NCBI GenBank assembly: GCA_050230475.1
Contig: JBFLGF010000111.1
Location: forward strand, 1 to 60,994
Reading direction: 5' to 3'
DNA: 60,994 nt
DNA from: Ancylonema sp.
Taxonomy: Eukaryota
The notes beneath the pieces were generated by a model. It had not been told where the DNA came from, did no database searches, and saw only the letters and a list, made by a program, of their open reading frames with translations. The position numbers and the translations under genes are program-made. Positions 26,601 through 37,836 of the stretch are shown one piece after another; the stretch's first letter is position 1, and every line of letters begins with the position of its first letter.

Positions 26601-29565
26601 TCGGCATAGCCAATGTGTTGTTGAGGACGCATTATAGGGTTAAAAGGTTCTTCAAAAGTAGTTTTTTTATTTTTTTATTTTTTTTTAAATCATGATTTAT
26701 ATCAGCTGATTTTAGTTATGAGCATGTTACCTCGATTTTCGGGTAAGGAAGAGAAGGAATACACCGGCCGGAGCAAATACTTTATCCAAATTCGTACCAA
26801 ACTTGACCTTTTTTTTTGCGATGGCAGCCTCAACCCGCCATATCGTACACTTTGAAAGCCGTGGGCGGCAGTCTCACAGCCTTGCCAGGCATTCAAGACA
26901 TCATTCGGGTGAGTGGAAAATCCAAAACCATAATCTTTTTCGTCATTGATACACCACGGACAACATATAAGTTTACGCCTCTTATATTCATCAATGCGAA
27001 GGCATGAATCCAAATCCGAATCCGAATCCGAATCCGAGTCAGAATATCGACATACGATCGTCCATGTCACTATTTAAACATCACCATTGTGGGAGCATAC
27101 TACTCTTTGCGGAATATCATCAAAGGTTCAACACATATTGGGCTCAATACTTTCTCCACATTTTCATGTTCTGTTATATTTGTGATCTACAACGAATTAT
27201 AAAACACTTTCATTTTGAGGCTACCCTCGGACCCGAAACCAACGCGTGTGATCCACCCAGGAAACCGTGATGGGCACACTGAACGACACGTTGGTGTGGC
27301 CAAAACGAATCGTTGTTCCGATCATACCCGGATTTGATACTAGGTGAGAGAATTATCGAACCATTCAATGTATATGTATCTGTACTGTTACATATGCTGA
27401 ATTCAAGCCATTTGGATGTGTAATAGGTAATTAATTGCAACCTTTATTCTCATACGCATGGAAACACATGTCATCGACGAAATGCGAGCTAAGAAGATAC
27501 TAAGAAGATAATTCAACAAAAAATAGCAAATCACAACTCGCCAAAAATCCGTGGAACCGTTTTGTTCGATTGCGTGTTGGACCCTCTTGTACACTCTCTG
27601 TATTTCCGTACGTTCCGTACGATATCCGTCCGTTCCTCCACAAATTACTCTTCGCGAACACATTTTGTATTATGTAAAAAAGTGTTCGAACTCAATTCCC
27701 GCAGTCCGATGGAGCTTCAGCTTAACGGCTGCCTCCGCGTGAAGGTGGTGAGTGCAACGGGCGTGAAAAACGTGGACCTCATCGGTCTGTCAGACCCGTA
27801 TGTGGTCTTGTGGACGCGTCCACTATTTCAAGCGCGCACACGTGTCATCGACGACGACCTAAACCCCGTTTGGAACGAAAACTTCGATCTCGATGTGGAG
27901 GAGAAGATGAGCACCGAACTCATCCTCAGGGTAATATACCAAAATATATATTTCACAATCTAGGTTCTTGCTCGATACGTTCATTAGTCTTTGCGTTCCA
28001 TTTCATTTCCACGATTGACGATAGCGTCGTTATAACGAGTGCATGTTCCGACACGATAAGGTAGTGCGGCAAAACTTTAGTCAAACAACGTGTTGCCAAT
28101 ACGTAAGTTAAAGGCATACGACATACGACATACGACGAAAAACCGAGTGTGATACACGAAACTTAATCCTATATGTATGCAACGACGACACAGGTGATGG
28201 ATAAGGGCGTTGTCCACGACGGGAAGCTCGGATACGCCACGTTCAAATTGTCCACGTTGCAACCCGAAGAGACGACACGTATCACACTTTTCCTACGCCC
28301 AGAGATGGACACGGACAAGTTTCCGGCTTCACACAACCATGGAATAGGCACTATCAACATTGAGGTGAGAAACATCCGAAGACAGATTCGAATCGGAGTG
28401 AAATGTTGGGCATTGGAAGCACAAAGCTTTGGCGGATTTTTCGTCGTTTTTTGAGCCATCAATTTGGAGACAACAACCGGCTCTTTGTCTCCGTCTTTTT
28501 TTTGGAGTTGGCGACGAATATCTTACAGTTTACGATGTCCATTGTTACCCTTCCTTTTTCGTTGTATTTTGTCAACGAGTTGGTGCTCGATTTACCTCTT
28601 ACCTTCCCCCCCCCCTTCCTTCCCTCTTCTTTTCATTTCTTTTTTTTTCTCTTTTTCCATTTCGTGTTCTCCCCATTTCCAGTTGTTGTATCATGAATAC
28701 AACCCAGAAGAGCGTGAGTTTGTGACGCAAACGGCAAAAGATTTGGAGGCAGCGAAAAAGAAAGGGAAGGTGCAACAAGGAGGCATCGGGGGGGCAGCAC
28801 AGGTGGGACCACGTCGACATATACAAGGCGTTCACATGGACAATTATAACGAAGAATATACATATAAATCCTCGTTCAACAACACAACTCATATCTTGTT
28901 TTCACCACGTACTCGTAAAGAAGATGTTGCAATGACACGAATAGCGTAATCCTACCAGCATTACGTGCGTTACTAGAAATCGTTGATGAAATTGGAACTC
29001 ACAATCCCGTTGGGGATTTCTTAGCCCCTTTCCATGCTCCCCCCCATATACATGAACTACAACATCGATACATGAAACCATATATCGGAAAGGCCGTATT
29101 TGCTTTCCTTACATCGAAAATATACTCTATTCCGTACAGTCCGCACCCAAACAAGGACAAGGGAAATCTCAAAATTTGGTTTTTTTACGACATTTCATTT
29201 CTCCTAGCATTTTTTCTTCACGGTAAACTCCACTGTATCAAGGGTTTAGTGTATATTCACTGCGGAAATTTGATGATGTTCCCCCACGTGTAACGCAGAT
29301 GGCGGCGCAACAAGTGCTAGGGATGCCCGGTTCCGCAGCGACACTTGTCGGCCAAACCGTGTTGAGTGCAGGGGGGGTGGTTGGGAAGTCGGTTCTCACA
29401 GCGGGCGGGATCCTTGGCAATACGGTTGGAGGGGTTGGAAGGGTGTTGAGGAGGTCTAAGACACGTGGCTTTGTTGGCGCGTCAAGGGAGTCGTTTGGAC
29501 GGTATTCATTACGAAAAACACATTCTGCGTTCGGGAGGGATGGCGATTTGCGACCGGCGTGTTAG
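23640..29565 (+). CDS. CLB1: Calcium-dependent lipid-binding protein, CLB1/SYT7-like (TM-SMP-C2), 12 exons
   Basis: N-terminal TM MGFFGGLLVGCLFGV. SMP domain: ICGNELPKWVSFPEFERVKWLNK, LEQYRPLGVTSLKLKKLNLG, ISYTLKAVGGSLTALPGI, WPKRIVVPI. Single C2 domain: LIGLSDPYV...DDDLNPVWNENF. Gly-rich tail. Ten canonical GT-AG introns plus one apparent GA-AG. Confidence 0.93.
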
Positions 29566-29580
29566 ATATTAGAGGTTAAA

Positions 29581-29807
29581 TGCTAGTTTGCGGGTGACCT
29601 GGGTTGCTGATCCTTATTTCGTGTGGTTGAGCCACATTGAATATAGGAAAAGGAGCTTGGGGTTCTTCCTATTTGAAATAAGAATGGGACATTATAACGA
29701 CTAATTTAGATGCTAGTGTGCAGGTGACCTAGGTTGCTAAATTTCAATACGTGTATTTGAGCTAGATGGAGGCTAAATGCAAAAGGATCTAGGGGTGCTC
29801 TATTTCT

Positions 29808-29810
<3 letters not shown>
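29581..29810. repeat. Diverged ~130-bp tandem duplication downstream of the CLB1 stop
   Basis: TGCTAGT.TGC.GGTGACCT.GGTTGCT...AAAAGGA....GGGGT starts at 29581 and 29711. Confidence 0.7.
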
Positions 29811-29840
<30 letters not shown>

Positions 29841-30391
29841 ATGTGTCATGTTTTCTCTCACGATTGCATGGAGATACTTTGTTAGTCACTGGGAGGTGTG
29901 TACTCAATCGCCCTTGTTCGTTTCAAGGCAACGTTCTACCGATCCTTTGGGCCACATTTAAATAGCTAAGCACACGCGTACTCTTGACACTATATTACAG
30001 GTAACAACATGGTCATTACACCATTTTCCCTCGATTATTACGAGGGGTGAAGTTCATGGTCTCAATGTATGTTGTTGCTCGAATTGAATGCGTTGATGTC
30101 CCTTGTTTGGAACATAGTTGCCCCCCAACGGTTTCCAGGTTATGCAAAACGCGTCCCGCTCACGTTCGGGATATGTTTGGAAGAGATTTTGTTTCGACCA
30201 ATCTCGGTTTCGTGAGTGGCAATTAAAATCGTTATGATCCCCATATTAACACACAATGTCTGTAAAAAAAATCGCAAAACAATGGTAAAAGTGTGCCAGA
30301 AAAACACTTTTCATTGCTGACATATATACAAACGCTATCTTGTGTAGTAGCGGCCCACCACAAAAAACCGAGGCACTCACATTACATTACA

Positions 30392-33300
30392 TCATACTTG
30401 CGTCCTCTTATTTCCGGCAAAATACGTGGCAAGAAGCACGATTGCGCCGCCCACATACCCCACGGGCGCAATTTCTTCGCCCAAAAAGAGAGCAGCAAAA
30501 GTTGCGGCCCAAACGGGTTGGAGGGAGTAGAGCACCTAAAGGGGAGGGGGGGGGGTACAATGTGAAATCGGTCAATGAGCGTAATAGGGCAACAACAAGA
30601 AAAAATGCATGTACTTGAACATGTTCCTTAACAAGATTTGAGAAACACCCTCATGATGAGTCTCATTCACGACTTCCATCCATGTATGGACGTGTCCATG
30701 AAGACATTCCTAACCACTCAAACTTGTGGCATTTCTACATTTCTTAGATCGTGTTTGAGTGTGTTTGGGACGTACACAAGGATACATGTGCAGTCGTACA
30801 TTTATGCGCATGCATACAGAAGACACATACGGACATGCAACATGCCTGAACATAGTGGGGGGGGGGATATAAAAAGAAGAAAAAAAAAGAAAAAAAAAAA
30901 AGAAAAAAAAAAAAGAGTGCTAGCCTTGAAACCGTACATGACACATTCATGAGGGGAAGCATATATCCCTTCCTACACATATGTTTGCACACCTAGAAAC
31001 AATCAGACCCCTACCTCCCAACTCAATAACCCGGCCCTTAGTAACCTCGGTTACCTAAGTAACCTTCATACATTTCGTATCTTTGATAACCTTTGAAACC
31101 TTAGTATTTCGAGTACCTCAAGTAACCTTAGTAACCTCAGTACCTTCAATAACCTTGCTAACCTACACTTACCCAACCCTCAAATCCATACCCTTGTCCC
31201 CCCCCCCCAACCTGCGCCTCTGCCGCCTTGACCACCCTCTGCCCCACCGCCTGCCCCCAAGCAGCCATGGCTCCGCAACCGACAGCGGAGAAGCCGACGG
31301 CCAATAGCACGCTGCCGTTCTGCCAACCGGACCAGGCACTCAGAAGGTCGCCACCTGGCAAATTGAGAAGAGCGGGCAGAATTTCAGAGGGGCGAAATAG
31401 GGGGAGGGGGGTAAGAGAGGCAGAATGGAAGGTGGCAAAAAAGGGGGAGGGGGGGGAGGGAGGCATGAAGCGCGCCATTGCAGATTTCCAGACTTGAGGT
31501 CGTTAGGGTTCTGCTAGAGTGGCAGGGTTCGGGGTTACTATAATTATGTGTTCAAGGCTTGCTAGGGTTACTAAGGTAGTGAGGGTTAGTAGAGGTACTA
31601 GGATTCTAGAATTGTTTAAGCTTTCAGGAATATTACAATATTAGACTTATTAGGGTTTGGGGTTCAGGATTCGCACCATTCTGGTGGATGGTCCACAGGT
31701 CGCTGCCCGTCCACACCGCTGACATCATCAGGGCGACGGTCATCTGTGCTGATGTCAGCAGTAGGGGGGAGTGACGTCTGGAGTGCACTCCCAGCCGCAC
31801 ACTTGTCACGCCGTAACAGATGGCGGCTCCTAACACCTCCACGTCACCCATGAGGGAGAGGGGGACGAATGGGGAGCTGACAGCACACACAGGGTACAGA
31901 AGGAGATGGGTAAGAGTGTTTTTTTTATTTTTATTTTTTAAAAGCGTTCCCGAGCATATTTTGTTGGGAGCATTTCAGATGATTGTTCATGTTTTTGTTG
32001 TTCCTGAGGTTGTTTTTTTTTTCCCCCTGAGGGGGGGGCGATTCCTTTTTTATTATGGGGATGACGATAGGGATGTTATGATCACGTGATTGAATGGCAT
32101 TGATATTGATACAGGCAAAAGATTTGAGAAACAGAGGGTGTGCGAACAATAATGATGATAATGGTGGTGATAACTGTACACAAACAAATACAAACTCACA
32201 TGTGCATGCACACAAATATACGAACAGATGAATACTCACACAAATATACAAGAACCTTATGTTTCCGTGCGAAACAACTTATAAATAACGAATAAAGGTT
32301 TGACCATGAGATCGAAACCCGGGAAAAACCTCCAAAAACATTAACAAAAAACCCCCAAAAATGATATCCCCAAATTGTTCATGCCGCAAACTCCGAGGAT
32401 CCCAACAGACATTTGAAAACATTTTTTTACTTTCTTCACTTCTTGTATATTCTTTCTGGATTTTCTCTTTCATCCTCTTTCAAGTTTCAAACTCTTCGGA
32501 CGTATTATCCTCCGCTCTACATTTTTAACAATCCGCACACATGGAATGACGACTAGCAACCGGGAAAAAAAAAAAAAAAAAAAACACGCACCACTTTCTT
32601 AGCAAGTACTTCCCTTTTATCGCTTCAATATGTCCTTCCTTCACTTCTTGTTGCGTGAGGTGGAATAAGGCTTAAAAGTCCTTTCTCAAAAAACATGTTC
32701 ATACACACAAGCAAAAGAGCACAAGCAAGCAGAACATAAACTTCTTCCTCTAACCCTAACACCCCCTCCCATCACTACTGCAACCTGTAGCCTGTAACAT
32801 GTAACTTGTATCCTACAGGCCGTATCCCGTAACCCATAACCTATGATCTGTAACCTATAACCCGTAACCCGTAACCCGTGACTCGTAACCTGACCCCGCA
32901 GTTGCCACCACTTACGGTGACGTGAGGGTAACACCAATCCCCCTTACTCAGCAGCAGCAGGAGCACCCCCCCCAGTCCCTGAACCCAAAATCCCAACTCC
33001 CACCAACGCGCCCAGTGCCGCCCCCCAGGTCCTCCCCCCAACCTCCTCCCCCCCCAGGGCAGCCAGTAGGGGCACTACAATGTTGGAGGTCTGGATCTCA
33101 AAGGCAGCGCGGGTGGCTGAGGTGGATTGAAGGCCTTGGGCCTGAGAGGGGGGGGGGTGGGGTAGGGGTTGGGAATGGGGGTTGAGAATGGGGGTTGGGT
33201 GGGAGAGGTTTTTTTTTTTAGTTTTTTTTTGTGTTTTTTTTTCTTCTTCTTCTTCTTTTTTCTGGTTTTCTTTTTCCCCATTTTTGTTGTGAATTTATTA

Positions 33301-35613
33301 TTACGAAGGGTTGCTTTTGGTGCTGTTTCCCCTCCCCCCCATAATTTTTGTTGTGACTGTATTGATATTCAGGTCTTTGACATAAGTAGATGTCATTGTT
33401 AATGTTGTTGGTGTCTTTGTTTTCTGTTTTTTTGTATTTTTTTGTCTCCGACCAGAAAAATAAGCACCCACTCCTGGTGCAGACGCGTGCAAAACCTGCA
33501 CATTACTACATGACACATATTTGGAACGGGAGCCTTATTGAAAAAAAAATAAAAAAAAAATGAGAGAGAGAGGGAGAGAGAGAGATGTACTTATAGAACA
33601 AAGGCCTGACCAAGGGGGGTTTTTTCTTTCATTGATTACTTAAGATAATGATTAGCAAAAGTGTATTATGAGACATATTTTACAGTAGGAAAATGTACCT
33701 CTAGCAAGAATTATAAGAACCATGAGAATTATAATGCTATGAATGATTTTAACGATACGTGTTTATAATTGTTACAATTATTTGTGTTGATTGCCATCCT
33801 TATTTCCATGATCCTTTCTCCTACATTCATCGTTTGATCATGTCAATGATGCTGACCAGCATTCCCTTCCAGGGATGCCTCCAGGGATCTCTGGGAGTCC
33901 TGGAGACAATTGAGGATACTATGGACTTATAGTATCAAAATCATTTTCTTGGGTAAAAGCATATGTAGTATAGGCATTATCATTCATCATTTGTTTAAAT
34001 CATTTGATTAAGGCCCTTATTATTTTGGACATTGGACTAGTGAGACTATGATGGAAAGGTAAGACTTACAAACTTCTGATCCTGGTAGTGTTCACAAAAT
34101 TATTACTTCTACGCTGATGCCCTACATGACTATTGTTCTCATTATACGAAAATGGAATCCCCCCTACCCCCTACCTGTAAAGCTGTGCCCAGAAACGACC
34201 ACATGCCGAGTTCCAAAGCAGCTCTCCAAACACCTTTTCCTTTTCCTGCATCCTCATTGGACGACTCATTCGTAGAAATCGCAACCAAATCCGAATCCGA
34301 ATCTGAATCTGAATCTAGATTTGAATGTAACACAGACTTTGAATCCAGATCTGCATCTGATGTTGCGGACGTCGGTTGGTTTGATGTCGTAGAGGAGAGG
34401 GCGAGGAGGAAGAACGCAACGGAGATCACTGCAGAAGATAAAATTGTGAAGGGGAGGTGGTGAAGTACCAAAACAATATCAACTACCAGTGATGTTTGTA
34501 TGTATGTATGTAGATAAATGTGTGTATGTATGTATGTATGTATGTATGTATGTATGTATGTATGTATGTATGTATGTACGTATGTATGTATGAAATATGT
34601 ATGTACGTATGTATGCATGTAGTATACATGGACAGGAATGGGGAAGATTAATAATGCAGCCCCTAACTATCAGTTTTTTATATTTTCTAGTTAACCTTCA
34701 TGATATCCCGCTGAAAACGCACTCCTGAAATTTCAAAAACAAAACATCTAAGTAGGCCTAAGAATATTCTCAGTCCTCATTTTTCAGCGGCTTAACAAGT
34801 GTTCATACCCCCAAAAAAAAATAAAAAAAAAAAAAAGGCACAAAAAACAGAGAAGGGTGTGGGTATCTGTAATATTTGATTGATTCGTAAGGATCACCCC
34901 AATGTATATTTTATATCTTATTGATTACAGCCGGTATTTTTAGGGCCTAGTATCCAACCCTCAGAATATTCGTATATGTACAGAGATTGAACATTTGGTG
35001 TGACAAGATGAGGATGATGATGGGCGAGTGAAATGTGGGAAGGCAGGGGAGGAGAAGAAGGAGAGGAGCATTAATTTGCGAAAGAAGAAACAGGAAAATG
35101 GTCCTGGAAGCAAGAGCTCCCACCCGGTTAACCGCAGTCCTCTTCACCTTTTCTGACCAGGGTGAGCACACTAGCGAGCGGAGCCCCGGGATTGGAGTAG
35201 ATGAAGCGCAGCAAGACGCCGTACACGCCCCACAGCACCGTCACGCCACACAGGAGTGTGCGTCCCGTGGCGACTGACACGCCAGGTGTCGGATTCGAAG
35301 CCTGTGACGTCGCCAGTCCGACTCCCGAATCCCCTACGAGCGACTCGTCCTTGTCTGTTGGTCGCTTGTCGTCAGACGTGTCCGTTACACACCGATCCTC
35401 GGTGTCACTGTCTAATGCCCTGCTCTTCAGGGTGGCGCGGATGGTCTGATGCTGCCACGTGCAGAAGATGGAAAGAGACGGATGGGATCCACGGGATCGG
35501 GTGCCTGCGGACCCGTAATTTTCGTGTATCCGACTGACTGCCGGCCGGTGTACGGCCGGGTGAGGGACCGATCTGACCGACCATCTGGCTGACGGTAATA
35601 GGAACACCGACAT
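30392..35613 (-). CDS. EamA/DMT-superfamily transporter with long Ser/Arg-rich N-terminal extension (possible plastid transit peptide), 6 exons
   Basis: GT-AG exons encode GRTLLCGVTVLWG, AALELGMWSFLGTALQAQGLQSTSATRAAF, GDVEVLGAAICYG, QAVGQRVVKAAEAQVLYSLQPVWAATFAALFLGE...GGAIVL-stop. These are two EamA repeats. Confidence 0.9.
34495..34620. repeat. (TATG)n microsatellite in an EamA intron
   Basis: Direct observation. Confidence 0.95.
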
Positions 35614-35958
35614 TGAGGGCAAAGGCCTACCGATCCGCTCTGGGAGCAGCAACGACCATTTGATTCCGACAACACTCCGTACTTCGAGAAGTAAGAGATT
35701 TTCGGGGTCTAGATCAGAAGTTGGTAGGGGAGAAGTGGCCTAATTGAGGAGAAGTTGGCAGGAAAACATGAGCACCACAAAGGCCACCCCGAACGAATGC
35801 CCGGAAGTGAGTTACGACACGTGTGACAGGTGTACAGTTGTACCGCGTCAAGCGGTCCGCGTGGCCCGGCTACTGATACGTTATTGAACTAGTCAAGAAC
35901 CCTTTCAAGTGGATATGAGGATTTGCGACAGTTTTTCATATGTCCCGCGGGCAGGAAT

Positions 35959-36520
35959 TAGGGGTCGGCGAGCGCAGTGGCAGCCCTTGCGCTCAGCGCT
36001 CCGAGCTATATGAGCGCAAGATCATGATCATGAGCGTATTAGAGCGCAAAATGAGCGCATGAGCGCATGAGCGTATTATAGCGCATGATGAGCGCTTGAG
36101 CGCATGAACGCATAAAATACGGTAACCGGGCAGAATTGCAAAACCGGGCAGAATTTCCGTTCATTTTGGTGAATACTTGCATGATAAATTCAGGGGGATG
36201 CCCGCGATCATGCGCATGATCCTGCGCTCATGCGCTCGCCGATCCCCAGTAACCCGGTGGGCAGCCAAATATTCTGGCGGCTTTCCGATCCGATTTGAGG
36301 TGAGCGCAATGAGCGCAATGAGCGCAAAATGAGCGCATGAGTGATAAATGAGCGCATGAGCGCAGCTCCGATGAAATGGTCTGCGCTCATGTGCGCTCTA
36401 ATACGTTCACACTCATCAGCTGCGCTCATGGCCAATTTTGGGGATGCCTGCGCTCATGCGCTCATGAGCGCATGATCCTACGCTCATGCGCTCGCTGCGC
36501 TCTGCGCTCGCCGATCACTA
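35959..36520. mobile_element. hAT-type MITE with TGAGCGCA subterminal repeats
   Basis: TIR TAGGGGTCGGCGAGCGCAG / CTGCGCTCGCCGATCACTA. Perfect 8-bp TSD GCAGGAAT. Confidence 0.93.
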
Positions 36521-36561
36521 GCAGGAATCACGTTATAGGAAATTTCAAGGGGTTTCAGGAG

Positions 36562-37422
36562 TAGGGTGGGACCCAACCGCCAGAATCCCAACGGCTGGCG
36601 CTTGGCCAACCGCCAATCGCCTCTAACCGCCATCCAGCTGCTCCAACCGCCGACCAGCCGTCCAGCCGCCATCCAGCCGCCCAACCTCTAACCAACCGCC
36701 ACCCAACCGCCAATCAAGAGCCCGACGGCCGCCAATCCGCCCAACCGCCGACGGTTGGAAGGCGATTGCGGATTGTACGATGAAAAGTGTAAAGGCGGAG
36801 AGTATCCCTGCATCGCCGGATTGTCGTTTAGGAAACCGTCCCACCCCCCGATGCCGTAGGATTCCCGTGGTGTCAGAAGATCCGCAATACTCGCTACAGA
36901 ATCTTTCCACTTTTTTGAAAAAAAACGGATCGGCGGACATAGTCCTTCCCATAGGCCGTCCCCCCCTTATATTCCGTCCGATTCTTGTGGTTAGGTCGGT
37001 GCGAACAGGTATGCGAGGACGCCGTACATATTTTCGTACGGAAATGAGTCCCGCACTACACGTGCCTGTATTTCGCATTGTCCGTACATGCAAATGTGCC
37101 AGGGAGGCCCCGGGTTTTCCCGATTTTCATCGGCCGTTGAGAATCGAGCTCTTAACCTTGATTCTGATTGGACCTCGAATTCTTACACGTAGACTATTCA
37201 CGCCCCTACTCAGGAATATCTATCTACGCCCCACCGCCATCCAACCGCTCCAACCGCCGTCCATCTGCCCAGCTGCCCCAACCGGCGGCTGGCGGGCGGG
37301 TGACGGCTGGACGGATGGGTGGCGGTATCCCGGTTGGACAGAGGTCCATTGAGAAATGGCGGTCGGCCGACCGGCGATTGGGCGTTCGGCAGCTAGCATT
37401 TGGCGGTTGGGTGCCCACCGTA
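36562..37422. mobile_element. hAT-type MITE with AACCGCC subterminal repeats
   Basis: TIR TAGGGTGGG-ACCCAACCGCC / GGCGGTTGGGTGCCCACCGTA. Perfect 8-bp TSD TTCAGGAG. Confidence 0.93.
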
Positions 37423-37836
37423 TTCAGGAGGCGAATCAAGGGGTTACCCGCCTACCTATGACAGACTGTGAGCTCGGAGCCCGAGACCTCCGCGGCCGGT
37501 GGTACTGGGCCCAGTAATGTCACGTGGGCGCAAACTAGGGCATGCTTCAGTGCGGGCTTCCGGTGTCGTGGTGTCGCGCATTGAAATAACGAGGAAAGGT
37601 CAACATGAGTTGGTTACGTTCTAGGTCTCAGGGGAAGGCTGAGCGACGCTGTGCGCTGTAGCTGTAATGCTGAGAGCAAATTGTACCGAGGATATTGTGT
37701 GAAGCTTTGGTCGGATGAATTTGGACCCGACGCTGTCTGGCTTGAACACCGCCATATGCTCCGATATGGATAAATTCCACGTGGACTAGAATAGAAGCAC
37801 CTTGCTGGTAACTTTAGTAAAACTATCCACAGAGGC

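Noticed and set aside
36623..37461. ORFs of 97-190 aa inside the AACCGCC element
   Set aside because: GC-rich MITE interior with no transposase or other motifs.
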